A DNA stretch of 64,000 bases from Octopus sinensis (lineage: Eukaryota): assembly GCF_006345805.1 (NCBI RefSeq), contig NC_043009.1, forward strand, positions 3,720,001 through 3,784,000. Direction: 5' to 3'. The translations under genes and the position numbers were made by a program. Under the pieces are notes generated by a model that had not been told where the DNA came from, made no database searches, and saw only the letters and a program-made list of their open reading frames with translations. Below, piece after piece: positions 1 to 14,250 of the stretch (its first letter is position 1; each line of letters starts with the position of its first letter).

Positions 1-324
1 GTGCAAATGACAGCTCTTGGATGTTTTTAATTGATTTCATGCTACTAGAGCGTGGTCTGCGGGGTCACTCCGAAAAGCTCTATCTACGACGATTTGATCT
101 CAATCGAAGGAGAGGGGCTTTCTCCGTCCGGGTTGCGGATCCATGGAATAAGCTGCCGGACGAGATAGTGAAGATGCCGACGACCGCTCGGTTCAAAGTT
201 TCTCTTGACTAGAAATGGCCTGAACTCTTTGTATGACCACCCTCCCTGTACATAACTCCCTGTCCCCCTACATGGCCTTGATTTTGCTTTTTGAGCCAAT
301 AAAATTGAATTGAATTGAATTGAA
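1..324 (+). mobile_element. 3' end of a CR1/L2-like LINE (RT C-terminal tail, 3' UTR, (ATTGA)4 tail)
   Basis: ORF 21-212 reads RGHSEKLYLRRFDLNRRRGAFSVRVADPWNKLPDEIV...FKVSLD, matching the CR1-group C-terminal motif RGH..KL...R.....FS.RV...WN.LP. It ends in AATAAA followed by ATTGA x4 (304-323). Confidence 0.8.
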
Positions 325-2239
325 AAATTGATCAATAGACACATACTGAGCGTAAGTCCATCCATGGGCCAGTGACATCTCCTGAATTTTTTTTCTATTG
401 ATTTCCAGCTCCTGGATGTTTTGATCAATAGGCACATATTGAGAGCAGTTCCATTCATTTTGACCATCGGGGAATTCACTTCTAAGTACAACTTGAAAGT
501 GCTGATGAAGGCATGAACGAAGTAGAAACTATCTGTCAACAAACCTTTTTAAGCTTCGCCATCCATAGCCTCCAGATAAAACAGGCTGTTCTACGTAGGT
601 GTACAGTTCAGTTTGTTGAGAAACCATATAGAACACATGTAATTACTACTACTACTAATACTACTACTACTACTACTGCAACTAGTACAGCTACTTATGT
701 TGCTGCTGCTGCTGATACTGCCACTACTACCATTAATGATAACGGTGATGATGACGGTGGTGGTGGCTGGATGTAAACGACTTACTCCTTCCTCTTAATT
801 GCTGGCCTTGTACCAAAATTTGTAACCAATTATAATAACAACAACAACAACCAGAATACCAACAAAAACACAACAAAAATACTGACAATAATAACTTTCT
901 CATTGTCAGACACAATACACGTTAATAGATAGAATAACGAAGTGTGGGAGATACACTATATAAAGTTGTAGAACACGAGGGAATGGGCTATGTCCTTAAA
1001 CGATGAACGGTTAAAACTTGTGAATGAAGAGTAGATATAAAATGATCTAATTTTGTTAAAATATAATTTCAAAAAGTAACATGAAAAAACGTTTAGGATA
1101 ACCACTCTTTCACGTTTCAGAGCCACCCTTTAACTAAGCCCAGAACTCTCCATGACACTGAATTCCTACCAGTCTTAGAAACTGCTATACACAAAAGCAA
1201 CCTTCTCCGCTCACTAAAAATAATTATAAAAATTTAGAGATGTTGCATTTCCTTACAATATCGGAACCATCTCCTTCTTGTTCAACTCTACCACGCCCTC
1301 TCTCTTATTTCAGCTTGTTTATTTCTTTTATGAAGACGACATTTGTTTTGAGAAACATTGAGAAATTCTATTCTATGCGTGAGAAAATTCACTTTTACTC
1401 ATACATTTTGTTTGCCTCATATTGGGTATGTATTATTTCATTCGGGTTTCCTTGACTTTTCTTTCTTATTGCTACAATAATGTTCACACCCTACTCTTAA
1501 TATATACGCGTTAATCAAAAATGACAGAATGGTGCTACAGTTTATGGCTGCAAAACAAGGATGATTCCTGGATATGTCGACGCGGTGATTACTTTCGACT
1601 TTCGGAACCTCATATATTTCTCTTCCCTTATCAGCTGATTTTGCAAAATGCTTAAGCTGGTTGTTTTTTCTGATCCTATTTATCTTACATGTACAAAAAT
1701 GTTTTGTATGATCTTTCGTGGCTCATGAAAGGGTGGTTTTTCAGTCCTGAAAGATGAGATATAATGCCTTTTCCTCAGCACCCGAAAATGCCTCACATCC
1801 AGAATTTTTACGTGGTTTTGTGCGGTCATAACATATTTATGTATGAAGTACTAACTGATACAGACTATTTGTTCCGTTCTTAATGTTAAAATGAACATGT
1901 ACAATACGATTAGTTCTGCTCCAATCAAAGACATCTCACCCCACGTGTCCACGGTGCATTTAAGTTTTCCTATAGCGCAAGTTAGTTTCAATGGCTGTGG
2001 AAATGCTAACGAAGATCAATGTTCTTCCCTCACTCATTTTTACGCGAGCTTCACGAAAAAGAACAGCTGTTGTTTTTGTCACACAATGCTGCCATAGCGA
2101 ATCGTTTTCTCCCACAGACATCAATGATTTCAATTGCGGGGCACCTGGCATGTTAGCATTTTTAGATGCAAAACCTCGTTGCACCTTGACGTCCTGCTTG
2201 TGACTTGGGCGCATCTCGTATAAATTAAAGCAAATGCAA

Positions 2240-2373
2240 AGCAATTAATAAAAACAGTAATGCTAATAATAATAACAGTATTAATATTAATAATAATAAT
2301 GATGATAATAATAATAATAATAACGATGATGATGATAATGATGATAATAATAATAATAATGGTAATGATGATG

Positions 2374-2439
<66 letters not shown>
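2240..2439. repeat. (TAA/TGA)n microsatellite, 5' flank of RLE LINE fragment
   Basis: Directly visible trinucleotide run. Confidence 0.95.
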
Positions 2440-2441
<2 letters not shown>

Positions 2442-3463
2442 GCGTACGTTTTGAGCACGGGAGCTTAATGTGATATTTGTCCCAAAATAAGGAAACCTTG
2501 CTTGTGTCAGTTAGGAATAAGGGAGTATTCAACGCAGAGAAAAAAAAGGGGGAAACAAAGGAAGAAGTACAAAAAGAACATGAAAAAGCTTTACGCAACC
2601 AGAGACGACAAAACGAATTCTGTGTGGCTATTACTGAAGTTGCTGGAAAACAAAAGTGGAATTGGCTGAAGAAAGAAACACGGAAAAAAAGAGACTGAGA
2701 ACATTACTGGCAGCGCAATACCAATCTTTGGCCACGAAGTGGAGGATCAACTTTAGGAATGAGAAAGTTTCTCCGCGGTGCTGCATCTGTAATAAAGTGG
2801 ACGAAACCATTGCCCATATCACGACTGAATGCTCTAGGCTTGCCCCAAGATCTCTACAAGTTGTGACAACTCGATGAGGTAGCGAATGTGATGCACTGGA
2901 AAATGTGTAAAAAGTGGGAGGTTCGAGATAGGCAAGACGTGGTATGAGAACAAACCGCGATGAGTGCGGAATTGAAAACATTGAAAATCCTTTGTGATCT
3001 CTCAATCGAAAGAGATCAGGTGCTAGAGCATAACAAACCGAACCTAGAACCACGTATGCTATATAGTTGATGTTGCGTGCCCCTTTGACCCACGAGTAGT
3101 GAAGAAGGATAGCGAAAAAATAGATATATGCAATCTTAAGTAGAAATTGCCCGGCTATGGACAATGAAGATAGTGGCAATAGTGATAGTTATTGGTGGGT
3201 CCTTGCGTACAGTGTCAGAAAGTATCAAGAAGAATATAAAGAAAATCAGAATAAAGTACCCAGAATAGAGCACCCAAGTCTTACAAAAGTTTTGCCTCCT
3301 TGGCACGACCAGAATAATCAGGAAGGTATTTGATAGTTGAAACGAACTGATATTATGGTACCGTAGGCTGCAGGCAGCAAACCCACAACGCATACGTGTC
3401 TGCAGCAAATTTTAAAAAATCCTGAGAAAACATAAAAATAATAATAATGATAATAATAATAAA
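2440..3463 (+). mobile_element. 5'-truncated, degenerate R4/Dong-like non-LTR retrotransposon (CCHC knuckle + restriction-like endonuclease)
   Basis: Across frames: LLAAQYQSLAT, CCICNKVDETIAHITTEC (CCHC), DEVANVMHWKMCKKW, KILCDLSIERDQVLEHNKPNL, VDVACPFD, LQKFCLLGTTRIIRKVFDS*. A 3' UTR and (TAA)n tail follow. Multiple stops and frameshifts. Confidence 0.85.
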
Positions 3464-3605
3464 AGAAGAAGAAGAAGAAGAAGAAGAAGAAGAAGAAGAA
3501 GAAGAAGAAGAAGAAGAAGAAGAAGAAGAAGAAGAAGAAGAAGAAGAAGAAGAAGAAGAAGAAGAAGAAGAAGAAGAAGAAGAAGAAGAAGAAGAAGAAG
3601 AAGAA
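3464..3605. repeat. pure (GAA)n microsatellite (~47 units)
   Basis: Uninterrupted GAA run directly after the LINE tail. Confidence 0.97.
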
Positions 3606-4039
3606 GGTAATGATGATGATGGTTTCGAACACAGGACAAAGTCAGAAAGTTCAGAGTAGAAGAATAATGGATATAAAATTATTCTAAATTGTGAGTGGTT
3701 CATTCTTGTGTCGAACGCGGATTGATGAATAACGAAGTGTCTCTCAGCAGCTTTGACCTCCAGCTTTGAACATAGAAAAAAAAATAACGAAGAATGCCGC
3801 TAGAGAATTTACCCGGCGAAACACAATTACTACAAGACAAAACAATCATAGTTAGTAATACTAGTACTAACAGCACTCCATCTCTCATTAACGCTGACGC
3901 TGTCACTACTACCATGACGAGTACTTCGACGACGACGACGACTGTTGCGAAACGGTACTGGCGAGACTGACCACTAACATCACCACTAACAACAGCAACA
4001 ACATCTGTCTTTTGGTCATCTGCTCGTGCTACTGCTCCT

Positions 4040-4054
4040 GCTTCTACTACTACT

Positions 4055-4102
<48 letters not shown>

Positions 4103-4171
4103 ATAATACTAATAATAAAAAAAAAATAAATAATAATAATAATAATAATAATATAATAATAATAATAATAC

Positions 4172-4227
<56 letters not shown>

Positions 4228-4247
4228 AAATAATAATAATAATAATA

Positions 4248-4299
<52 letters not shown>

Positions 4300-4390
4300 C
4301 CACTACTATTACTGCTGCTGCTGGCACTGCTGCCACCAGCACGATTACTACTGCTGCTGCTGCTACTACTACTACTACCACCACAATAAC
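4040..4390. repeat. compound (CTA)n/(TAA)n/(CTG)n microsatellite
   Basis: Directly visible. Confidence 0.95.
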
Positions 4391-4475
4391 AGCAACTTCG
4401 AAGACCTTTGAGGTCAATATGTCGCGTAAACACTAAATTTTAAATCGATATTTGTCATGTTGACCAGACAATAGA

Positions 4476-4857
4476 AGTAGTCTTGTACAACGTACACACA
4501 AAGACCTTCGCACATACACACAGATACAGAGATACACACACATACTCACATACACAGACTCACACCTCACACACGCAGTCAAAAACAAAAAACAATATTC
4601 GTAGATAGATAGCTAGATAGATAGATAGTGGGAAATAGATAGACAAACACGTAAGTATACAGATATGTGCAAATACTGTACGTGCTTATGAATGTGTGTG
4701 CACATGCATGTCTGAAGTACGTATGTGTATTATATATATATATATATATATATTATATATTATATATATATATATATATTATATATATATATATATTATC
4801 TATATATAATATATGTATGTAATATATTATATATATATATATAATATATATATATAA

Positions 4858-4913
<56 letters not shown>

Positions 4914-5454
4914 CATATATATATATAAATATAATATATATATATGCATGCTTGTCTGTATATCTGTATGCGTGTATGTATTTATGTATGTGTGCACAAA
5001 AAAAAAGAACTTTCGACTTCAACATGACGCGCGTTCAAACTTTCAAGGGTTTAGTTTGCCACCGCCATAAACCCATAGGTATATACTGGAGTACACCCTT
5101 AAATGTTCCTTAATGGAAGAAATTAATCCCAGGACTTTATAAGCCCAGTACTTACTATATCGGTTTAGTTTCCCGAACCGCTAGGTTACGGGGTAATAAC
5201 CACATTAGCAACAGTTGTTAGTCGGTGGCAGGGAAACAAGCACACACATTTACACATGCACACAAACACACACACACATATATACGACAGGCTTCTTCCA
5301 GTTTCCGTCTACCAAATCTACACACACGGCTTTGGTGAACCAAGGTTATAGTAGAAGATACTTACCCAAGGTGCCACTAAACCTGAAACCATCTCGTTGG
5401 GAAGCAAGCTCCCTATCACACAGCCACGCCTGAGCCTATATGTATATATGTATA

Positions 5455-5491
<37 letters not shown>

Positions 5492-5990
5492 AGAATAGAT
5501 AGATACATAGATACATACATATATAATATTACATATAAATATATTTATACAGTTATATATTTATACATTATATAATATATATTATATATATATTATATAT
5601 ATATTATATATATATGTATGTGTGTGTGTGTGTGTGTGTGTGTATAGAGAGATAGAAACATACATACATATATATATATATTTATACATATATATTTATA
5701 CATTATATATATATATTATTATATATATACGATGGAGAGAGAGAGAGAGAGAAATAGATAGATAGATATATATATTTATACATATATATATTTTTATACG
5801 TTTATATATATATATATACGTTTATACGTTTATATATATATAGATGTAGTATTGTACAACGTACACACAAAGACCAACGCACATATACACAGATACACAG
5901 ATACACACACACACACACACACACATACACTCACACACACACAGACTCACATCTCACACACGCAGTCAAACACAAAAAACAATATTCGTA
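4476..5990 (+). repeat. local direct duplication of ~130-145 bp (4476-4603 and 5846-5990)
   Basis: Both copies start gtagt(c/a)ttgtacaacgtacacacaaagacc and end cagtcaaa(a/c)acaaaaaacaatattcgta. Confidence 0.8.
5063..5437 (-). mobile_element. tRNA-derived SINE, family B (diverged)
   Basis: Reverse complement matches the copies at 21201, 25443 and 27095 (gtttccgtctaccaaatc, ccgaaccgctaggttacgggg, cccaaggtgccac). Confidence 0.8.
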
Positions 5991-7261
5991 TAAATGTATA
6001 AATATATATATATATATGTATGTATGTATCTATCTATCTATATATGTGTGTGTGTGTGTGTGTGTACACTAGCTGGTCAACTCGGTAATTCCTGGGGGTA
6101 AGATGTTCTATTGAAACGCCTTATTAATCTGATATAAGAAAGCAATTTCAATATAACTGCCACAAAAGGTGTGTTTTCCATAACGAAAACGTACCAAAAC
6201 TGGGAGAGATTGTTGGAAGTTGGTGAGAGAGGTTGTGGGAGGTTGTCGTGGATTTTAAAGGTGAACTTTATGAATGTTAATTTATTGAAGGTAATATATA
6301 AATGTAGTATATATGTATAGAAATATATGAATGAAGTGTTACAAGAAAGTGCAGTAATTACGTTCACACTCACTGATGGTCGCTCTCAGTAACTGCATTT
6401 AGCGTATGGAGTTCTTGTATTTATAACTATCGAATAGCAGCCAGAAGGATAGACATATTGCTGAGAACAAATGATTTCGTTCGAGGTCTGTTATATCCAT
6501 TCCAGTCCCTGGTGACCTAGAAGAGGTTAGTAAGGTCGAGTGGCAAAGACATTAATCTGCTTAGCGGAGGCATCTGGGAAATGTATGACTGCTGTCATTC
6601 ATAGAAAATCAATTGTTTTACTATGAGAAAAGCGTTGTTCAAGTGTTAAGTGAAATTTGGCAATTGAGGATCGAATCCACGCTTTGCCTGCATGAAGCCA
6701 CTACCAATACGTTGTGGAATAAAAAATTATCTACTGTCATGGAGAAAGTGTAACTAAAAATGCATATCTATCAGCGTAATGAGCATTCAAAAAATATGTC
6801 TATAGAAATGTATGAACGAAGAGATTCAAATTAAGTAAGTGCAATAATAAAATTTAAAAGTTCAAAATTATGAGTAGTGAAATGCAGAATTAGGTCAGCT
6901 GATCGTTGGTTCAAAGTAATCGAACATAAACAAGGAAATAGTTTATTTCCCTTGAGAGTTTAAAAAATAATAGTGTTGGTGGTATGAGTTAATTCCCTTA
7001 CGTATTTAAAAAAATACTTATATAAGGTATATATAAAGGTCCCTTTCAAGGGTCATATTATCTAGTTTTTCAACAATCTAAGTATGGCACGAGTTTTCCA
7101 GACATGAGTTCTACTCATGTATCAAGTTCATCAAAATCAATAAAACGATAGAGGAGGAGTTACGTAACAACGCCACAACAAGCACAAACCCCTTTTCCCA
7201 CATATGTAGTATATATATATATATTATATATATATATATATATAATATATATATACATAAT

Positions 7262-7619
7262 AATTAATAAAATATTAGGGAATAAATCCAAACTTACAGG
7301 GAAAAATCAGATTTAGGATTAAATCCAATTTTATAGTATAATATATTATATTATATTATATTATAATAAATTAGAGATAAAACCACTATTAGCAAATCAA
7401 ACAATGAAAAACATAAGCCAATACATAATATTAATTTAATTTATATTATTTTAAATATATATCAAAAGTATTAAAAGTTTAATAAAAGATAAAGAGTAAA
7501 ACTTTTAATACTTTTGATATATATTTAAAATAATATAAATTAAATTAATATTATATATTGACTTATGTTTTTCATTGTTGATTTGCCTAATAGTGGTTTA
7601 TCTCTAATTTATTATAATA
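7262..7619. mobile_element. Penelope-like foldback remnant in (TA)n (IR arms ~7359-7479 / ~7498-7619)
   Basis: ~120-bp inverted arms. The left extension (atattagggaataaatccaaacttacagggaaaaatcagatttagg) is shared with 24737-24820. Flanked by (TA)n on both sides. Confidence 0.65.
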
Positions 7620-7635
7620 TATACATATATATTAT

Positions 7636-7728
<93 letters not shown>

Positions 7729-8334
7729 CTATCATCTCGGCATGTTAGATCGTGAGCTCTGCACTGTTCTTTTTTCTCTCCATCCTTTTCCTCTTATTCC
7801 TTCTGTCGAAAAGCGTAACGTGAAACACCTGCTTGTTTTTCTTTCACCAGTCTTTGTCTTTTGTTTCCGGCAAATTTAAACTATATATATATATATACCG
7901 TTTGTAAAAAATATAAAACCGAATAAAAATGAACACTCTTAGATATAGAACAGTATATGACAAATATCTTTTCCAGCTCAGTATACATGTGTGTGTGTAT
8001 GTGTGTGTATGTGTATATATATATTTTTGCGTGTCGCGCGTGTGTCAGTATCAGTCTAATTATGTACATATGGCTCTTCGAGTCATGTTCCTTCCATCTA
8101 CTTAGCTGAAAATGAATACCAATTGATTAACGGTGGAACCTCATCTCCTCCAAGTGTCACATCGTAGGTGTTCCACTTGACTAGTTTAGGGCGTCACTAT
8201 GTGCTCACTGCAACACAGACACGTAAAAAGGATTAGTATAAACGTAGTACAACTTACTCTGGTAAACTCATTTGAATTTATGTCAAAGCATTGTCCCCAT
8301 TTCCCATTCTTTAACTTTAACTATATACATACAT

Positions 8335-8475
8335 AGGCTCAGGAGTGGATGTGTGGTAAGTCGCTTGATTACCAACCACATGGTTCTGGGTTCAGTCCCA
8401 TTCCGCTGCACCTTGGGCAAGTGTCTCCTACTATAGCATCGGGCCGACGCTAGAGTAGATTTGGTAGACGGAAAC
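8335..8475 (+). mobile_element. SINE family B, 5' part (tRNA-like head)
   Basis: ggctcaggagtggatgtgtggtaag...gggttcagtccc (A/B-box-like) followed by ccttgggcaagtgtct. Confidence 0.8.
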
Positions 8476-8487
8476 TTAGAAACTTAA

Positions 8488-8576
8488 GGCGGCAAGGAGG
8501 CAGAAACGTTAGCGCGCCGAGCGAAATGCTTAGCGGTATTTTGTCTGCCGTTACGTTCTGAGTTCAAATACCGCCA
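8488..8576 (+). mobile_element. SINE family A, head only
   Basis: ggcagaaacgttagc...ttctgagttcaaat, same as the head of 9001-9231. Confidence 0.8.
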
Positions 8577-9000
8577 GGTAACACATTGCCTAAATACCTA
8601 TCTTGAAGAATTAGACTTCTCGAAACCAGAAAGGAGGAAGCTGATTCGAAGACTACATATTTAATCCGTCACTGGAACTGTAAAAATATCTGTAAAACTT
8701 TCAAGAAGTTTATCATTTATCATATATGAGCATGTCTAGATCTGCAAGTACATGCATGAGAAGACATACATAAAACAAAGCATACAAATCTGCACGAATG
8801 CCTCTATACATACATACATACATACATACATACATACATACATACATACATACATACATACATACATACATACATACATACATACCCTGTTGTAGATGAA
8901 GTAGCTTTGGGTCGCGGTTACGAAACGACTCTTTTTCTCTTGGCAAGAAATCTTGAAATAAAACTGAATAATGACTGGCATACAAAACATACAAATGTAA

Positions 9001-9231
9001 GGCGGCGAGCTGGCAGAAACGTTAGCTCGCCGGGCGATATGCGTAGCCGTATTTCGTCGGCCGTTACGTTCTGAGTTCATATTCCGCTGAGGTCGACTTT
9101 GTCTTTCATCCTTTCGGGGTCGATAAATTAAGGATCAGTTACGCACTGGGGTCGATGTAATCGACTTAATCCGTTTGTCTGTCCTTGTTTGTCCCCTCTG
9201 TGTTTAGCCCCTTGTGGGTAATAAAGAAATA
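9001..9231 (+). mobile_element. tRNA-derived SINE, family A (full length)
   Basis: ggcggcgagctggcagaaacgttagc (A-box-like), gagttcatattcc (B-box-like), body gtcgactttg(c/t)ctttcatcctttcggggtcgat, tail aataaagaaata. At least eight related copies in the window. Confidence 0.9.
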
Positions 9232-9533
9232 TGTATACATACATACACACATACATATACACATACATATACACATACATATACACATACATACGTACAC
9301 ACATACACACATACACACTCACATACATACACACATACATACATACATACATAAACACGCATACATACATACATACACATACACATACATACATTCATAC
9401 ATACATACATACATACATACATACATACACATACATACATTCATACATGCATACATGCATACATACATACATACATACATACATACATACATACATACAT
9501 ACATTACATACATACATACATGCATGCATACAT
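9232..9533. repeat. (TACA/CATA)n tetranucleotide microsatellite (another at 8806-8884)
   Basis: Directly visible. Confidence 0.95.
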
Positions 9534-9544
9534 AAAGGAACAGG

Positions 9545-10005
9545 ATAGCGGAAAAGGAAACACCTACAAGCGAAGTTGACTCTATTAAGACCGATGGTCA
9601 GAAGAATTTTGGAGGAACTTAAAAATTTAAGCAGTCACCAAGTTCAAACACAACCATGCGGACATTATGTGGGACCACAAAAACATAATTATGTTCTGTT
9701 GAGGAAATCAGCTGCCCTCCGGCCATAGATGTAATTAGTAAAATACAAGAGGAGGACGAAATTTAGGGACCATTGATAGGGCCTTTGCAAATCCAGTACA
9801 CATGGTACACGTTCAACTTCCTCCCTATTATTATTATTATTGCAGCAACAGGATACCTACGAACCCGGCTGGAGCAAAGCACGACTAAATTTGGGATCTT
9901 CAGGGAAATCACGGATCCTTAATTCATACATTGCAATTGAACACCATATCGGGGAGCATAAAAAACCTACAAAACTGTCTTAAGATTTAAAGGATGTTGC
10001 TTAAA
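9545..10005 (+). mobile_element. degenerate RLE-domain fragment of a third R4/NeSL-like LINE family
   Basis: Manual translation: KHNHADIM, then VEEISCP..IDVISKIQEEDEI*GPLIGPLQIQY..YTFNFLPIIIIIAATGY...KTYKTVLRF, resembling RLE C-termini (PD..,EISCP, IPIIIGA.G). Contains stops and frameshifts. Confidence 0.6.
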
Positions 10006-10083
10006 ACAAGATACTCTCTTCCTTCACAACGTAGCTTGTGGGTGGCCGGTGAAAATTGATTCTAAATTAAAAAGAAAAAGAGA

Positions 10084-10120
<37 letters not shown>

Positions 10121-10199
10121 TACACAAACACTCACACACATATATATATATATTTATATACACGTAAATGTCGAAGGATGGAAATGTGTATATATATAT

Positions 10200-10233
<34 letters not shown>

Positions 10234-10274
10234 ATAGTATATGTATTATATAATATATATATAACACACATATT

Positions 10275-10328
<54 letters not shown>

Positions 10329-11101
10329 TTTATATATATACTCATATCCGCTTGAATGTGGTTATTTGCTTTCTTTCTCTTCTTTTTATCAGTATTTATA
10401 CACACATGCACATATAAGTATACATAAACAGACTGAAAGCTATAAACATTTGAACAGGCACACACCCAGAAAATTTTGTCCTCGTTGACAGCTTTGCTCC
10501 ATTGATCTTAATAAGGAATTTCCCATAAAGTGCAACTTAAAATAATGGACGAGTTTCGAGTGCTAGGAAAAGTAAACGAAATAAAAAATATAATGATCGT
10601 GATGATGATGAAGAGGAGGAAGAGGAGGGGGAAGAAGTGGTGGCGGTTCTGGCGTTCGTGGTAGTGTTAATGGTGGTGATAGTCGCTGTAGTGGTGGCGT
10701 GGGCAGCGGTGGTGTTTGGGAGGATGAATACATGTGAGAGCAAATACCGAACGGAAGAATGTAAAAAAAAAGCACATAAAAACGTAAGTAAAAAACACAG
10801 TATGATTTTTCAAAGCAGCACATGACCACAAATACTACGAGCAAAGCATATTTGGTCTGAATAAGTCTTTTGTGCTCTCACAAACCTCACTACCTCCACC
10901 ATGACATAGTGAACTGACCGGCTCTTCATGGAGTTTGATCACTGACATAAAAACTTATTGGAGTCTGATATAACAGCATGTGGAATACATAAAACATATT
11001 TAGAAATACACGCCAAATACATACATGCATACATACATACATATGTGAATATATATATGTCTATATATATATAATATATAATATATAATATATATATATA
11101 G

Positions 11102-11134
<33 letters not shown>

Positions 11135-11141
11135 ATACATA

Positions 11142-11196
<55 letters not shown>

Positions 11197-11349
11197 TATA
11201 GATATTTTTTCTAGTCTAAGCTCAGAGCTGCGGCCATGGTGATGCACCGCCGTTTTGTGCTACACTGTTATTGCGACCGACCTCGTCTAATATGTGGCAA
11301 TTATGCATATATGTGTATATACATATATATATGTATACATATTATATTT

Positions 11350-11384
<35 letters not shown>

Positions 11385-11459
11385 CATATATACATATATA
11401 TGTATACATATATATATATACATGTATATATATATACACATATATATATACATATATAC

Positions 11460-11492
<33 letters not shown>

Positions 11493-11748
11493 TATATAAA
11501 TATATATGTAAATATGTACTTATGTGTATTTGTATATATCAATGTTTCTTTTATGTTCATTTACATTCACAACAATTTAACATTCATCTGCTGGGTTACT
11601 CTATACTCACGCAGTGTACAAATCTATTATCCTTAAACAATTATGTTGCTGTCAGCGACTTCGAAGTTTCGGCCACCGAAGCCATCCTGGGCACAGTCCG
11701 AAAATGACATAACAGGCTGAAACTTCCGAGTCACAGGCAACAACATTC

Positions 11749-11805
<57 letters not shown>

Positions 11806-11806
<1 letters not shown>

Positions 11807-12126
11807 TAGGTGGCCCTGTGCCGTCAAGAGTGACGGCTAATTGTAGTATTTGCTATAATAATACTCCTGTGAGTTTTTCCATCACAACATGTGAATGAGA
11901 AACGAAGGGGTGATAGATGAATAACGAAGGAAGGGGGTCATGTCAAACTGGAAGTGTGATGGGGAACATTCAACGCTGAAAAGTAAAATCAAACAGCGTT
12001 TAAATTATATTTGAGTATATGTGTACACGTATGTGCGTCTACAAGGGACGTATGTGAATATTTGTATCTGTGATTATTATATACCTTAGTTTGTACCTTA
12101 TTTTTGACGGCACGGTGTCAGGTAGT
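11806..12126 (-). mobile_element. small non-autonomous Helitron/Helentron-like element
   Basis: The minus strand ends ...GCCGTCA-CTCT-TGACGGC-acagggccac-CTAG followed by T (hairpin 11820-11837, CTAG 11806-11809). The other end has a subterminal inverted copy gtgccgtca (12105-12113). Inserted at the edge of a (TA)n tract. Confidence 0.7.
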
Positions 12127-12287
12127 TATATATAAATAAGGTACAAAATATGATACATAATAATCACAGATACAAACATTCGCATACTTCCCTTGTACAC
12201 GCATTCACATGCACACATATAGTCACACAGATTTGAAGCGCTGTTTAATTTTTGTTTTCTGAATTGAATCTTCACCATCCCACTTCC

Positions 12288-12325
<38 letters not shown>

Positions 12326-12402
12326 TTGCCATCCAAAAATAAAAGTATTTTAAAAATTCAAACAATATCAAATTGATTATGGCTGGGAGATAACAGCTTA
12401 CT

Positions 12403-12540
12403 CAAAGTAGCCATCCTCAGCTTGCAACACGGTTTCAAGACGGATGTAGAAACCGGCGCATGCGTTCCACAGTGTCCTTGTGAAGATCTTCGAACACCTC
12501 CATTATCTTGGCTGCCGGCCTATATTTGATGTTGCAAGTA
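12403..12540 (-). pseudogene. Tc1/mariner transposase C-terminal remnant
   Basis: Minus strand reads ...NACAGFYIRLETVLQAEDGYFE*, similar to Tc1-type endings (RLEAV..AEGGYFE). Confidence 0.45.
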
Positions 12541-14250
12541 GAGCGGTTGGTGTCTTACAGCATCAACCCTCTCCAGCCTAGGACTGACCAGTTTCCAGCA
12601 TCTTCCTGTCTGAATGGAGCCTAAGTCTCTCTTCAGAGATGTGAGGATGGATTCCAGCGTGCGGATGCTGTCAGAAAACCTGTTATGTCCCTTCCTGCTA
12701 TCCAGGTTTCCTTAGTTTTTATTGCAACTCTCCATGTCACATCTTACAAAGCAATGAGCAGTTGTCCTGGTGTCAGCATTTTGATACCTAGCGTGAATCA
12801 TCATGGTATTAGTAACTCTTGTCCAACATTTTATTGACGGCTTACAATTATCTTCATCAGCTAACATTTTCTCAACTACGTCTTAATCATTATGCACTCC
12901 AATGCCGTTGACTGTTCATTAATACATCAAGCTATTCCTGAAAGAAAAGGGAGGCATAAGTAATTGACGGATTTAGCCCGAACACCTTGTATATTTCTGT
13001 ATCTGTGATCTTTGTGCGCAGAATTGTGTATCGGTATATATAACGTAATGCTACGAGAAATCATTCTGTATATGCGTGTGCGCATGTGCGATAACTACTT
13101 ATTTTACTTACTTTCAACAAATAAATTATTGATTCTATATTTGCCAAAAGACACTAGCTATAATGATAGTGAATTGCACTTAACAAATTTTTTAGAATTC
13201 TGATCTGTTACTGTTCAAATTATTTAGCAATTTTAACCATCTCCATTCGGCAAGTTAGTAAAATAAATTGTTTATTATAAATCTGTATTGTTCAACATTT
13301 TATTTATTATTGCACCATCAAAATAGATACATACAGAATAGAGACTTACAGCGCCGTGAATAGCCAGCTATTTCAGTTATAGACAAATTTAAATTTTAGC
13401 GAAATAAAATGAACGAGAGAGTGTCTGAAGAGAAGAGGTGTTAGTACATATACTGAATATATTCACGCACTGGCGCGTCGAACAGTTTCTTTTAACGTTT
13501 AAGCATAGTTCGAAATGCTTGTTATAGACATAATTCTTAGTTATTTGAACAGATAACTATGTTGCTAAAAATGAAGCTTCAAACCATTTACTGTTGATAG
13601 AATGTAAAATTTTACCACACAAATTGTTTAATTGTATTTTAACATAATATACTCTGATTTCTCAAGGAAATAACTATTATTTCAGCAATTATTTGGGAGA
13701 ATGGAAATGAAACGCAGAAAAAAATGAAACACATCATGTAATGTTTTTTTAAAGCTGAAGCGATTATCTTAGCTTCTAGTCTTATATTAATGATGCTTCT
13801 GTAGAAATTCTTATGTCATTTCCCTTATACTGGGAAAGAAAAAATTTAGATAAACAGAAATCTTTCTTAGTGTTAGTTCGTACGTTTAAACTATTTTTTG
13901 GATTATGTCATAAAATAAATCCTGGTTCCTTTTAATGCGTCGGAATTGTGTATCTGTTAGCGTATTTTATTTTATTAAACCTACGATGTGGAAAAAACAT
14001 TATTATAAATATTGCGACGAGGTTCTAAAAATACGAAACAGTAAAGTAAATAAAGGCATCTGAGAATGATTATTGAATTGTACAAATACTGGAGATTTTG
14101 TATCGTAGAATATCATGTAGGTGAGTATTGCGTAGGATTTTACTGATTGATCTTTCGAAAGGTTTTCGATGATGAAAGAAAACATTCTTACCTAAGTTTA
14201 AGGTACGACGCAAAATATTAACCATGCTAATATTACCGGTAACGAGGATC

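Noticed and set aside
504-540. ctgatga...gaaac hammerhead-like core
   Set aside because: No stem II pairing and no stem I complementarity. At best a heavily decayed remnant.
3464-3605. (GAA)47 triplex-forming tract and (GGT)n at ~53527-53578 as functional non-B DNA
   Set aside because: Such tracts are commonplace at this microsatellite density, and nothing here indicates function.
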